The notes under the pieces are model-generated. The model saw nothing but the letters and a program-made list of their open reading frames with translations. It had not been told where the DNA came from and made no database searches. The translations under genes and the position numbers were made by a program. Below are positions 19,936 through 30,515 of a stretch of 64,000 nt of DNA, piece after piece. Positions within the stretch are counted from its first letter, which is position 1, and each line of letters begins with the position of its first letter. This DNA is from Candidatus Nomurabacteria bacterium (lineage in GTDB: Bacteria > Patescibacteriota > Minisyncoccia > Phycocordibacterales > UBA9973). The DNA lies in assembly GCA_943354905.1 (NCBI GenBank), contig CALRDL010000001.1, forward strand, positions 29,520 through 93,519, written 5' to 3'.

Positions 19936-21033
19936 CTACCTATTCATCGGCATTATAAGATAAGTAAAAGATGGATCATTCACAGGAGAAACCACTATCG
20001 GCCCAGAGGCTAGAGAAAACTTAATAGACATACTATCTGTGGTAATGGATGGAAAACAATCCAAAAAATATTTATAATTAAAACCAAGCTCTATATTGTC
20101 TCCAGTAAGTGAAGCATCTAAATGTGTCTTATTTTCTCCAACATCGTTGTTGGCGGAAGAAAGTTCAAAAACTTTTTCTTGCGGAGAAATTTTTAAATTA
20201 ACTTGATTAAACTTATTAGAAAATATATTTGAGATTTTTAGAGCATTTAATAAATCTTGTTTCAAAACAACAGCATTTGTACCTGGATTTTTAGGTATTA
20301 TTTGACGATAATCTGGAAAAACCCCATCTATAATTCTAGAAGTCAAATAAAGATTGTCGGAAGAAAATGAAATTTGATTTTTATTAAAACACACCTTCAA
20401 AATTCCATTAAAATCTCCAAATATCCTCATAATTTCAGGAATATTTTTAAAAGGAATGAGTATACCTGAGATTTCAGGAAGATTTTTGATTTTTATTTTT
20501 TTCTCTGCCAGTCTAAAAGAATCTGTGGAAACAAAAACTAAATTTTCTTCATTTGTATAAATAAAAACACTAGATGTCTCTGGTTTTATATCTGAAACTG
20601 AGGCACTATAATATACTGATTTTATACCCTCGATTAATTTCTTAGAATCCATTTCAAAACTAACTCCTTCTACCCTAGGTATGGTAGGAAAATCATCGTG
20701 TGGTTGACCTTTTAATTTTATTTTACTTTTTTTAGCTGTAACCAAAAGATTGCCATCCACACTCTCAAGAAAAATATTTTCATTTTGGATAACGTTTGAA
20801 AATATACCTCCTAAAACTGATCCAGATATAGCTACGATCCCTTCTTTTTCTACTTTAGCTGGTATCTCAACTTCAATACCTAGACTTAGGTTAGTAGATC
20901 TTAGTTTTAAAGATTTATCAGAAGCAATGAGAAGTATAGAACTCAAAACAGGCAAAGTTAGATTCTTCCCAGTAATTCTCTCAACTTGAGAAATCTTATT
21001 TTTTAATTCTTCAATTTTACATTCGAGTTTCAT
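19936..21033 (-). CDS. dnaN: DNA polymerase III beta clamp
   Basis: LPVLS, STDSFRLA, GVFPDYRQIIP, LIMPM. Confidence 0.97.
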   Translation of the reverse strand: MKLECKIEELKNKISQVERITGKNLTLPVLSSILLIASDKSLKLRSTNLSLGIEVEIPAKVEKEGIVAISGSVLGGIFSNVIQNENIFLESVDGNLLVTAKKSKIKLKGQPHDDFPTIPRVEGVSFEMDSKKLIEGIKSVYYSASVSDIKPETSSVFIYTNEENLVFVSTDSFRLAEKKIKIKNLPEISGILIPFKNIPEIMRIFGDFNGILKVCFNKNQISFSSDNLYLTSRIIDGVFPDYRQIIPKNPGTNAVVLKQDLLNALKISNIFSNKFNQVNLKISPQEKVFELSSANNDVGENKTHLDASLTGDNIELGFNYKYFLDCFPSITTDSMSIKFSLASGPIVVSPVNDPSFTYLIMPMNR

Positions 21034-21292
21034 ATGTTTATATATTATATATTTAAATTTATTAATACTATTAGTAACCTTGATAAGTGGATAAGTGGAT
21101 TTTATGTTTATTAAATAAGATTATTTTTAATATTTTTTATTTAATTAAAATCTAATAAGTTTGGGTATGAAATTATTTTTTGTTTATTATTTTATTTCTT
21201 TGGTTTTTTATTAGATTTAATTAACATTTTTTCTAACACTTTTCCACATTTTTTCTGCACTTATCTCTGAGTTTTCAGATAGTTGTAAACGT
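21034..21292. other. Probable oriC (dnaA-dnaN intergenic)
   Basis: Minus strand: DnaA-box-like TTATCCACT and TTATCAAGG followed by trio-like TAC TAA TAG TAT TAA TAA; TTTTCCACA at 21240; very AT-rich. Confidence 0.75.
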
Positions 21293-22642
21293 TTATTTAA
21301 ACATAATTCTGATTTGTTCTAATTCTTGTAATAATTGCGGGTCATCTTTTAAGTCGTTTTTTATTTTTAAACATGAATGAATGACTGTGGTGTGGTCTTT
21401 CCCCCCTAGTTTTTGTCCAATGAGTGGATAAGAAACATTGAAATCTTCTCGTAGAAGATACATAACCACTTGTCTAGCTTTGACTATCTCCTTTTTTCTA
21501 GTTTTTTCATAAACAGACTCTTCTTCTAGTTTATAATACTCACTAACCATCTTTACAACATCTTTGATAGCTATGTTTTTCTTTGGTCGCATATTGTTCT
21601 TTAGAAGATTTTTTACTTCAGCCAGTGTGAGAGGTTTATTTCTAAGACGATATTGGCAGACTATTGTATTTAAACTCCCTTCAAGTTCTCGAATACTGCC
21701 ATCTATTGTAGAAGCTATGTATTCTAGGATTTCTTGATCTAGCTCGATGTTAAATTCCCTTAACTTAACTTTCAAAATGGCCAAACGAGGCTCGTATTCT
21801 GGTGGAGATATGTCTACTATCATTCCTGCAGAAAAACGCGTTTTCAAGCGATCTGCGAGCTCTGGGATGTAGTTTGGGTGCTTGTCTGAAGAAAATATAA
21901 TTTGTTTATTGTTTTCATGGAAAGTATTAAAAGTATGAAACAATTCTTCTTGAATTTTTTCCATTTTTCCAATAAATTGTATATCGTCAATAATAAGAAG
22001 ATCATATTTTCTATATTTTTCTTTGAAAGAGTTCGCTTTATTATTTTGGAGAGAGTTTATAAAATCTGTAGCGAACTTCTCTAAAGTCATATAATGAACT
22101 TTTTTATTTGGGTGTTTTTCTTTAATTCCGTTCCCCACAGCTTGAATAAGGTGGGTTTTACCGAGTCCAGTCGGACCATAAATGAAAAAAGGGTTATATT
22201 TGGTACCCGGGTTTTCTATTATGGCTTGGGCGGCGGCATATGCTAATTCATTAAAAGAACCAACAATGAAAGAATTGAAGTGATATCTAGGGTTTAGGTT
22301 GTCGTCTGGATTGATATATAAGTCTTTTAGTGGTAATTCTTTATTTACATAAGGTTCGTTTGTTGTTGGAAGCATTTCTTCTTCTTTATTATTTTCTATT
22401 TTTATAATGATGTATTCCACCGCTCGCATATTCTCATAAGCATCAGCGATGGTCTTGGTGATAAGTTTGTGGTATTTGTTTATAAGCCAGTCGCGAACAA
22501 ATTCATTTGGTACTCCAATATAAATAATACCCACATCTTCTCTTACGATTGATGTGTTTTTAAACCAAGTGCTAAAGTTGGCTTTTGACATACCAGCCTC
22601 AATCTCTACTAGACAGTTTTTCCAAAGCTGTTTTATATTCAT
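21293..22642 (-). CDS. dnaA: Chromosomal replication initiator
   Basis: YNPFFIYGPTGLGKTHL, IDDIQF, GGKDHTTVIHS. Confidence 0.98.
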   Translation of the reverse strand: MNIKQLWKNCLVEIEAGMSKANFSTWFKNTSIVREDVGIIYIGVPNEFVRDWLINKYHKLITKTIADAYENMRAVEYIIIKIENNKEEEMLPTTNEPYVNKELPLKDLYINPDDNLNPRYHFNSFIVGSFNELAYAAAQAIIENPGTKYNPFFIYGPTGLGKTHLIQAVGNGIKEKHPNKKVHYMTLEKFATDFINSLQNNKANSFKEKYRKYDLLIIDDIQFIGKMEKIQEELFHTFNTFHENNKQIIFSSDKHPNYIPELADRLKTRFSAGMIVDISPPEYEPRLAILKVKLREFNIELDQEILEYIASTIDGSIRELEGSLNTIVCQYRLRNKPLTLAEVKNLLKNNMRPKKNIAIKDVVKMVSEYYKLEEESVYEKTRKKEIVKARQVVMYLLREDFNVSYPLIGQKLGGKDHTTVIHSCLKIKNDLKDDPQLLQELEQIRIMFK

Positions 22643-22699
22643 GATTCAATATTATACTATTTGTGTCATAAATAAAACTAACTAAAACCTTATTAACTC

Positions 22700-22719
22700 T
22701 GTTGATAATCTGTGCATAA
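22700..22719 (-). promoter_or_regulatory. DnaA boxes upstream of dnaA
   Basis: TGTTGATAA (22700) and TGTGCATAA (22711), i.e. TTATNCACA-like. Confidence 0.65.
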
Positions 22720-22720
22720 A

Positions 22721-22785
22721 CCTCACCCCCAGCCCCTCTCCTTGAAAAGGAGAGGGTGGCCCAGATTCTTCTGGGTCGGGTGAGG
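22721..22785. repeat. Palindromic repeat (CCTCACCCC..CCCTCTCC..GGAGAGGG family)
   Basis: Nested hairpins; related copies inside jag (24559) and 25957. Confidence 0.75.
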
Positions 22786-22825
22786 TTTATTTGCTTAAAG
22801 TGTAATTTTATTATAGACTAACTAT

Positions 22826-22960
22826 ATGTCATTTACATACCAACCTAAAAAAAGAAAGAGAGCCAGATCTCATGGATTTCTGGTTCGATCTCGCATCAAG
22901 ACAGGAAAAAAGGTCATAAAAAGAAGACGCCAGAAAGGTAGAAAGAAACTGGCTGTTTAA
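22826..22960 (+). CDS. rpmH: 50S ribosomal protein L34
   Basis: [33 protein letters not shown]. Confidence 0.95.
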   Translation: MSFTYQPKKRKRARSHGFLVRSRIKTGKKVIKRRRQKGRKKLAV

Positions 22961-22972
22961 TCTCGCCCTTAA

Positions 22973-23293
22973 ATGCTTTCAAAGAAAAATAGAGTGAGTT
23001 CGAAGGACGTAGACTTGATTTTTAAGTCGGGGAAGTTTATATCTTCTCCAACTTTCAATTTTAAATTTATTAAAACCCCTTCAAATCAGTGGAAGATATC
23101 TTTTATCGCACCCAAAAGTGTGGCTAAGTCAGCAGTACGGAGGAATCTTCTCCGTAGACTTGGGTATTCTGTTTTAAAAAAGATAAATCAATCCCCTTTT
23201 GGTATTATCGGTGTATTTCTTTTTAAGAAAAATGAAGATGATGTCGTAGTTATAGAAAATGAAATTAAAAACATTTTTAGTAAAATTTATTAG
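22973..23293 (+). CDS. rnpA: RNase P protein component
   Basis: KSVAKSAVRRNLLRR; synteny. Confidence 0.9.
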   Translation: MLSKKNRVSSKDVDLIFKSGKFISSPTFNFKFIKTPSNQWKISFIAPKSVAKSAVRRNLLRRLGYSVLKKINQSPFGIIGVFLFKKNEDDVVVIENEIKNIFSKIY

Positions 23294-23504
23294 TTTATAT
23301 CAGAGATTTCTCTCACCTATCAATAAATATTTTGTTTATTTGGGTTTTTTTAATTTTTCTGGTTGTGTTTTTTATCCGACTTGTTCTGAGTATACGAAAA
23401 CAGCAATTCATAAATATGGGCTACTAAAAGGTGTTTATCTAGGTTTTCTTCGTATTTTGCGTTGTCATCCGTGGCAAAAGAATCATATTGACCCATTAAG
23501 CTAA
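23259..23504 (+). CDS. yidD: Membrane protein insertion efficiency factor
   Basis: CVFYPTCSEY..RILRCHPW. Confidence 0.93.
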   Translation: MKLKTFLVKFISLYQRFLSPINKYFVYLGFFNFSGCVFYPTCSEYTKTAIHKYGLLKGVYLGFLRILRCHPWQKNHIDPLS

Positions 23505-23582
23505 AATCTGCAAGGCAAACCATTGCAGGTTTTAAAAACGATGAGATTTTGCTAAAAATCTCACTTCAAGGTAAGATAGAGA

Positions 23583-24335
23583 ATGCTTTCAAATATATGG
23601 AACACTGTTTTATATGGACCACTACTAAATGCTTTAGCCTTTTTAGTCTCTGTTGTGCCTGGAGGAGATGTCGGTTTAGCCGTGATAATCTTGACTATTT
23701 TAGTTAAATTACTAATCTTTCCTCTTTCTCAGAAATCTATTGAAAGTCAGGTGGCCATGAATTTACTTGCTCCAGAGATCAATAAAATCAAAGAAAGTGG
23801 AGCCAGTAAAGAAGAACAAGCCAAGATGACTTTTGAACTTTATAAAAGACACAAAACTAATCCTTTTTCTGGATGTCTGCTCATCCTAATTCAACTACCT
23901 ATTATCTTTGCTTTATACTATGTCTTTTTTAAGGGTATAAATTTTGACAGTGAACTATTATATTCTTTTATTAAGGTTCCAGAAAAAATGAATATGCTTT
24001 TCTTGGGATTTTTAGAGATAAGTGGAAAGAGTTTATTTTTAGCTCTCTTGGCTGGAGTTTCGCAATACCTGCAAGCATATTTTATGCCGAAACCTCCGGC
24101 AATAAAAAACTCCTCCTCCCCTACTTTCGCTGAGAGCTTTGGGAAAAGTATGAATATGCAAATGAAATATGTTTTTCCTTTCGTGGTAGCTTTTATTGCT
24201 TATACTATTTCTGGAGCCGTAGCGCTTTACTGGATTACCAGCAACCTTTTTGCTGTAGGTCAGCAAATATATGTGAACAAAAATGAGAAGAGTGTTTTAG
24301 ATGAAGAAGTAAAAGTTCTTATTTCTAAAAAGTAA
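23583..24335 (+). CDS. yidC: YidC/Oxa1 insertase
   Basis: NPFSGCL..IQLPI, ALYWITSN. Confidence 0.94.
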   Translation: MLSNIWNTVLYGPLLNALAFLVSVVPGGDVGLAVIILTILVKLLIFPLSQKSIESQVAMNLLAPEINKIKESGASKEEQAKMTFELYKRHKTNPFSGCLLILIQLPIIFALYYVFFKGINFDSELLYSFIKVPEKMNMLFLGFLEISGKSLFLALLAGVSQYLQAYFMPKPPAIKNSSSPTFAESFGKSMNMQMKYVFPFVVAFIAYTISGAVALYWITSNLFAVGQQIYVNKNEKSVLDEEVKVLISKK

Positions 24336-24342
24336 AAAGTAT

Positions 24343-24843
24343 ATGAATGATCAAGATATTCAAAATTTAATAAAAGAATTACTTGAAAAAATAAAAGTGA
24401 ATGTAGAAAGTATTTCTTTAGAAGAAAAAGACGGTTTAAATAAATGGTTTTCTATTGAAGTAAAAGAACCACATTTTTTTATTTCAAATGATGCTGAAGC
24501 TCTTTATGCACTCAATCATCTTGTGCGTAGGATGGTGGAAAAGAATCTCTCAGGAAATCCTCTCCAAGACTCGGAGAGAGGCGAAGGGGTGAGGCCAGAG
24601 GGTTCGATCTTAATCGATATAAATGGTTTTCAAAAAAAACGGGTAGAAAATACTCAAGCTATTGCTCATATGATGTCGGAGCGAGCTAGATATTTCAAGG
24701 CTAATGTCGAAGTCGACCCTATGTCAGCTTTTGAGCGAAGAATAGTCCATGAATTTTTATCTAATGCTACAGATCTAAAAACTGAATCTATGGGTTTTGG
24801 CCCATCTCGTCGGGTGGTTATAAAGTACGTTGGAACAATTTAG
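24343..24843 (+). CDS. jag: Jag/KhpB-like R3H RNA-binding protein
   Basis: PMSAFERRIVH (R3H); synteny. Confidence 0.85.
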   Translation: MNDQDIQNLIKELLEKIKVNVESISLEEKDGLNKWFSIEVKEPHFFISNDAEALYALNHLVRRMVEKNLSGNPLQDSERGEGVRPEGSILIDINGFQKKRVENTQAIAHMMSERARYFKANVEVDPMSAFERRIVHEFLSNATDLKTESMGFGPSRRVVIKYVGTI

Positions 24844-24899
24844 AATTACGAATGATCAATTACGATTTAAATTCGTAATCCGTAATTTCTAATTTTTAA

Positions 24900-26333
24900 T
24901 TATTTAAGATCCAATTTCCACAAATAAGAATCTTTTTTGTTTACAAAAAGTAAATAATTTTCATTTTCATCTATTGCGAGTTTAATACCATCAATCTCTT
25001 CTCCTGCCAATATCGGATCTGCTAGTATGGTTGCATTCCCAGTTTTAATATTAATTTTCCATAATTCATCACTAAAAGATACTTCTCCTTGATACCAAGT
25101 CTCTGGATATTGACCAGATGGTATGACTTTTGGTACAGCACAATAGATATTATCCCCTATTTTATTCCAAACACACTTTTCTGGGAGAGTTCTAACTCCG
25201 AGCAAAATAGAATTTCTTGTGTCGGTCTGATATGCATTTAAAGCTAGGTCAGTACCACTAAAAAGGATTATTTTCCCATCAGGACCACTGAGAGTCGTGA
25301 GTCCATTTATGTCACCCAAAGCTCTGGTTGGATTTTTTTTGTTTGGATCCATTGTATACACGTGTCCTGTGGCTCTAGAATCAGCTTTAGTAGTCAAGGT
25401 GATGAGTTTATCATTTGGCCAGAGAGATAACCATTCAGTAAAATCAGAATCAAATATTTGAACTTTTTTATTGTCTACTAAGTTTAAAATCGTACCTATT
25501 ATATTTTCTCCAGAAGTATTTCCGTTTGTGAATAGATAAAAAGCTTTTAAAGTATCAGGTGAAATACTTATATCTTGCACATTGTCTGGTAAGAATGTTC
25601 CTTTTATTTCTTTATCCCCTGTTTCTGTTTCACTTACTATTTCTTTGGGTAAATTACCAACAAAAGTTGATATGGTGTCACCATATATTTTTAGATAACG
25701 CAAAATGACTGTTTGTCCATGATTGCCAAAATACGCTTCGTATACTTTCGGTATTGTTGGTAAAGAAAATTTTCGTTCAGAGATTTTGTCTAGAAAAGTT
25801 TGATAAATCGAACCATCTGATCGAGCTACGTATCGGACAGCTTCTGTAAATTCTGTTGGTTTTGGAGTTGGAGGCATTGGAGGAGTTAGTGAAGCTGGTG
25901 TTTTCTTTTTTTCTGTAGTCGTATTTTCTGGAGGTGCTGGAGGAGTCGCGGTTTTTCCCTCTCCTTTGGGGAGGGTTGGGGAGGGGTTATTTTGATCTAG
26001 GGTTAATTCTATTATTGGTATCTCTTTAAATCTTTCCTTAGAAAAAATTCCATAACCAGCTATCGGCATAGTGGAAATTTTTCTTAATTTTGGAATTGGA
26101 CTATCTGGTATAATTACCTCGCCATCTATATTTATTGGTGGAAGGTCTTTATCAGGATTTGAAGGAGGTGTATTATCTTTTCTAAATGGATTAAATCTTG
26201 AAAGAAAATTTGTGCCACCACTGTCAGGAACCCCAGATGTGTCCCCTCTCGGTTGCATATACAAGAACAAAACGACTAGGGCTATCACTAGACTCAAGAT
26301 TATTATTAAAAGTATAAAATTTCTTTTTGACAT
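24900..26333 (-). CDS. Membrane-anchored beta-propeller-like protein (likely start MSKRNF at 26333)
   Basis: N-terminal TM, Pro-rich linker, beta-rich C-terminus (SISPD, PEKCVW). Confidence 0.65.
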   Translation of the reverse strand: MSKRNFILLIIILSLVIALVVLFLYMQPRGDTSGVPDSGGTNFLSRFNPFRKDNTPPSNPDKDLPPINIDGEVIIPDSPIPKLRKISTMPIAGYGIFSKERFKEIPIIELTLDQNNPSPTLPKGEGKTATPPAPPENTTTEKKKTPASLTPPMPPTPKPTEFTEAVRYVARSDGSIYQTFLDKISERKFSLPTIPKVYEAYFGNHGQTVILRYLKIYGDTISTFVGNLPKEIVSETETGDKEIKGTFLPDNVQDISISPDTLKAFYLFTNGNTSGENIIGTILNLVDNKKVQIFDSDFTEWLSLWPNDKLITLTTKADSRATGHVYTMDPNKKNPTRALGDINGLTTLSGPDGKIILFSGTDLALNAYQTDTRNSILLGVRTLPEKCVWNKIGDNIYCAVPKVIPSGQYPETWYQGEVSFSDELWKINIKTGNATILADPILAGEEIDGIKLAIDENENYLLFVNKKDSYLWKLDLK

Positions 26334-26337
26334 AGAA

Positions 26338-27624
26338 TTAACTTCTAGAACTACCACTAGCATGCCAATGATTCCCTTCATCCAAATACCACATACCATC
26401 TTTTTGACACCACTTATCAGTACTACACTGCCCACTTCGTATATAGCTATTTAATGCAGGGTTTGTTATTCCAAGATCCACTGTCGGACTACCAATTTGG
26501 TGTGTGGTACCCCTAGGGCTTCCACCATGCAACCAGAATTCTGTGGCACCTTGAATTGATAGTGTTCTACAATCTCGGCAGTTGGTTAATATGTGGTTTA
26601 TTACAGCAAGACTGAATCCCCTAATAGAGGTACAACTTGGTTGCCCAACTTTAATACATTTAGAAGGATTTAATACAGTTACTCCAGCTGGTAGAGGTGT
26701 TTCTTGTCCTGCTCTTGCTACCCAATCAATACTATTGGCATTTGCAGTATCATAAACTTGACCACCTCTGTCAGTGTACTTACCATTTACTGGTGTTTGT
26801 GGTGTACTATCAGCACTCAAATCTGCATATATTGTAACATCTTGTATTTCAACATCCGAATTTAGTAAGTCTGGATTTATGGTATACAGAAGAGCGTATG
26901 ACCCGAGAACTATGATTAAACCCAGAATTGCATTAGTCATTCTATTTTTTCCGTCTTCTTTACTACTCATGAGTTCACTCGTCATATACTGTATTCCACC
27001 GATTACTATCATAGCCACAGCTGCTACCGCAGACAAACCAATAATTATTCTTATCATTATATTTAAATATTTACCTAAATTTGTATTGGCTTCACCTTTT
27101 TTACTTTCAGGGTCAAAAGTTATGAGTTTTCCACTCACACAACCAGGCATGCCATCTTCGCAAGGTAGTGGAGCTAAAAAATTATATTTAAAATCATCTA
27201 AAGATGAAGCCCAAGTCCCAGAGCTTAAATCACAAGCCATTTTTGACCAGCCCGAGTTCCTGATGGGATTGTCTGGAAGGACGCAGACACCCTTCGGCAT
27301 ATCTGATGGTTCCCATTTCGCACTAGAGTTATTATTTTTACAACTTTGTTCCTCCCAGCCATAATATGTAACTGATTTTCCACTCGCGTCTTTGCTATAG
27401 CAAGTTCCACGTATTACTGGCGCTGTTGGCGTTATTACTGGCGCTGTTGGTTTCCAATAAACTCTGTTAAACGAACACCTATTTTGATCAGTAATCGTGG
27501 AGTGCTCTGTGTTGGTTAGTTTCCAATAACATTTTCCAGTTGCTTGTGCATTTGCGTATTCAGTCGTTCCAAATACTCCGACAAGAGCTATGATTATTAA
27601 AATATATTTGAATAATTTTTTCAT
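26338..27624 (-). CDS. T4SS pilin-like domain protein with Cys-rich N-terminus and putative Zn-peptidase C-terminus
   Basis: IVIGGIQYMTS..GKNRMTNAILGL..LLYTINPDLL; H..D..HWH. Confidence 0.65.
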   Translation of the reverse strand: MKKLFKYILIIIALVGVFGTTEYANAQATGKCYWKLTNTEHSTITDQNRCSFNRVYWKPTAPVITPTAPVIRGTCYSKDASGKSVTYYGWEEQSCKNNNSSAKWEPSDMPKGVCVLPDNPIRNSGWSKMACDLSSGTWASSLDDFKYNFLAPLPCEDGMPGCVSGKLITFDPESKKGEANTNLGKYLNIMIRIIIGLSAVAAVAMIVIGGIQYMTSELMSSKEDGKNRMTNAILGLIIVLGSYALLYTINPDLLNSDVEIQDVTIYADLSADSTPQTPVNGKYTDRGGQVYDTANANSIDWVARAGQETPLPAGVTVLNPSKCIKVGQPSCTSIRGFSLAVINHILTNCRDCRTLSIQGATEFWLHGGSPRGTTHQIGSPTVDLGITNPALNSYIRSGQCSTDKWCQKDGMWYLDEGNHWHASGSSRS

Positions 27625-27634
27625 TTTCTATGAT

Positions 27635-28603
27635 TTAAAATTCTATACTCAATTCTTTACTATCTGTTTGGAAAATTCTGTCCATATTTTCTATGGTTAA
27701 TTTTAATCTGGAAGTTCCTGAAGTTCCAGACTGGATTTGTAGGGGCATCTCATTTGGTTTGAAAGATAGAACATCGACAGAATTATCATTGATTGACCAA
27801 TTCCAGATAAGGCTCGGGTGATTTATTTGTTTTGGAGAAATAAAATAAGGTACAGCTATTATTATTTCTTTCTCTGTGATTCGATATGGAGTTACAATTT
27901 CTTTTTCAAAAATGGTCCCTAGTTTTGGATCGTTTTTGTAAAACAATATTTTTGAATCGATCGTTCCGACGTCGATATTTGCTTCGGAAGAATATTTTTG
28001 GTCTATTGTTGACGCTACTACCGAGACATTGTTGTAATCTTCTAAATAATCATTTACATAAAGATAAGAATTCTTACCATAACCCGAAGCGTCTTGGTCA
28101 TTTGTATAATCTTTCTTCCAAAAATAAGTCATATTTTTAGGGTTGCCTATCTCAGGCATAGCCACTATCTTTATCTCACTGTCTAAAGTCGGCATAGCCT
28201 TGCCTTTATAAAATGGTGGGACATATGAATCCGTAGCTTGCCAAAATAAAGTCATCACAGATGGTCGTATTGTTATATTTTTTTCTATCACACCTTCTGG
28301 TAGAGAGATGGTAATTGTAACCCTATTTTGACTCCCAACTCCTCCAGCTTTTAACATAAAAGATTTTTTACCTATTCCTGAGGCTTTGGTGTTGCCATCG
28401 ACAGACCAATTTATACCTACACTATCCAAGTTGTTCGCATAGCTATTTATAGTGATAGTCACGTCTTCGTATGGCTTTGGGTTTGTAGGAATTACATCAA
28501 CCAAAATACTACTCGGAGAAGCAGCATATACATTTGAAGCTGAAATTATAAAAAGTATTCCAAGAAAAAGAAATAGCTTTAGGGAAAAATTTCTGAAACT
28601 CAT
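27635..28603 (-). CDS. Secreted beta-rich hypothetical protein
   Basis: Signal peptide; DSYVPPFYKGK. Confidence 0.65.
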   Translation of the reverse strand: MSFRNFSLKLFLFLGILFIISASNVYAASPSSILVDVIPTNPKPYEDVTITINSYANNLDSVGINWSVDGNTKASGIGKKSFMLKAGGVGSQNRVTITISLPEGVIEKNITIRPSVMTLFWQATDSYVPPFYKGKAMPTLDSEIKIVAMPEIGNPKNMTYFWKKDYTNDQDASGYGKNSYLYVNDYLEDYNNVSVVASTIDQKYSSEANIDVGTIDSKILFYKNDPKLGTIFEKEIVTPYRITEKEIIIAVPYFISPKQINHPSLIWNWSINDNSVDVLSFKPNEMPLQIQSGTSGTSRLKLTIENMDRIFQTDSKELSIEF

Positions 28604-28640
28604 ATTTTAATTATAGCATTTTATTTACTAAAGCCTATGT

Positions 28641-30500
28641 CTAAAACCTAGAGCCTGTGCTATTCATTTCTGCTTCTTCGTGTTCCTCCTTGGCTTTTCT
28701 GTTTATAAGTATTTGTGAAGGATCGGAGGTTATGATCTGGTCTTCGGTATATGAAGATATGATCTTGATAGCCACATGTTTTAATCCAGCAAAGAATATA
28801 CCCTCCCCCACATCTGATTCTAGGAGTAGATATTTTTCTTCGTCTGTTAGGTTAAAAGTTTTTTGCAATATATCTATCGTAGTCGGCGATTGTTTCAAGA
28901 GTATCTGGATAGAAGAGTTTGTAATTATGGGTACTCCATAAGGAGATTTCATAAAGTCCGCAGCGTCCTGAGTGATGGTCGCTAGTCCGAGATAATATTT
29001 TCTACCTCTTTTGGCAATAGAGTATAAGAAAGAAGCTGTGTCTTCAGATTTCATCATCCACCAGGCCTCGTCTACTACGAGTAATCTTTTTTTGAGGTTT
29101 TTGCGTATAGTATTCCAGATATAGTGCATGATGATATACATAGCTATAGGTTTTAATTCATCTTCCATATCACGTATTGAAAAGACCACAAACTTTTTGT
29201 TTATATCTACATTGCTTGGCCTATTTAAAAATGTAGACCAAGATCCCCTAGTGTATTTTGCTAGACGTTGGACTACAGAGTCGCTGTTGTCCATACCTGC
29301 CAATACCATCTCAAAATCTGAGAGAAGTGGAGGCTCAATGTTTGAAAAATCTGATTCGGGTGTGATATCTTTCATGGCGTAAGTTTCAGATATAGCCCGA
29401 TCCACCATAGAATCTTCTTCTGGGGTAAGTCCACCCAACATCAATCTGAAAAGTCCTACTAGATTTATGATATTTGATCGCAAAACATCTTCAGCTGTCT
29501 CGTCTTCACGAGGGATAGGCAGGTCAAAAGGATTCATATGGTGGTCGGAAGAAAGTGAAATATTAAAATATCTACCACCCACAGCTTCTGATAAAAATTC
29601 ATATTCTTTTTCTGGGTCAATGACGATGACATCAATGTCAAACATCAGAGATCTCAATATTTCGAGTTTTGTGGCGTAAGATTTTCCTGATCCGGATTTA
29701 GCAAAAGTTACTGAATTGTAATTTTCTAGACTGAATCTGTCGAAGATAACGAGGGACGAATTATGTCTATTTATACCATACAAAATTCCTTTATCAGAAG
29801 TGAGGTCAAAAGAAATAAATGGGAAAACACTAGAGAGTGGTTGTGAATTTAATTTTTGATGAATATTTAATAGGTCAGTATTTATAGGTATGACACTTTT
29901 AAAACCGTCTTCTTGTTGGAAAAGAGCTGGTTTGATATAGATCAATTTAGATTCCAGCATGGATTTTATCTCATTTTCTATCTTAAAGAGTTCCATCTCA
30001 TTGTCTGCATAGATGGTGATATATATTCCCACATCAAACATTTTTTCTTGAGCTTGGATCAAGTTGTCGCGAAGTTCTTCTAGATTTTGATAAGCTGTAT
30101 CGAGCATAGGATCACGCACCATGCCTTTAGCCTGGCGTACATTTATTTGACTTTGCACTTCGGCAACTTTTTTTTGAAATTGTCGCAATATGATCGCTGT
30201 ATCTATCGGATGGACAAAAATTGAAATATCAAAAATTTTGTCTAAGTTTATTATCGGAGAAAACCAATTGTCGGTCAAATATCTCGGATAGGATATTATA
30301 AAAAATGTGCGGGCTATTTTATCCCCCAAATTTATTGACTTAGATTCTATTTTTAAAGCTGATGGAGCGATGACATCTTGAAGTTCCAAGCTTGCTTTTT
30401 CATAGATCTGTTCTGGTAGAACTGGAGGAATAGAAACATTCATACTACCTCCTCCAAAACCACTTTCTTTTTTTTTAAATAATGTGTCTAAGATTCCCAT
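28641..30500 (-). CDS. VirB4/TraC-like ATPase
   Basis: AKSGSGKSY, VIDPEKEY, VVDEAWW, KRGRKY, TQD. Confidence 0.9.
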   Translation of the reverse strand: MGILDTLFKKKESGFGGGSMNVSIPPVLPEQIYEKASLELQDVIAPSALKIESKSINLGDKIARTFFIISYPRYLTDNWFSPIINLDKIFDISIFVHPIDTAIILRQFQKKVAEVQSQINVRQAKGMVRDPMLDTAYQNLEELRDNLIQAQEKMFDVGIYITIYADNEMELFKIENEIKSMLESKLIYIKPALFQQEDGFKSVIPINTDLLNIHQKLNSQPLSSVFPFISFDLTSDKGILYGINRHNSSLVIFDRFSLENYNSVTFAKSGSGKSYATKLEILRSLMFDIDVIVIDPEKEYEFLSEAVGGRYFNISLSSDHHMNPFDLPIPREDETAEDVLRSNIINLVGLFRLMLGGLTPEEDSMVDRAISETYAMKDITPESDFSNIEPPLLSDFEMVLAGMDNSDSVVQRLAKYTRGSWSTFLNRPSNVDINKKFVVFSIRDMEDELKPIAMYIIMHYIWNTIRKNLKKRLLVVDEAWWMMKSEDTASFLYSIAKRGRKYYLGLATITQDAADFMKSPYGVPIITNSSIQILLKQSPTTIDILQKTFNLTDEEKYLLLESDVGEGIFFAGLKHVAIKIISSYTEDQIITSDPSQILINRKAKEEHEEAEMNSTGSRF

Positions 30501-30515
30501 AAATTTAGTATAACA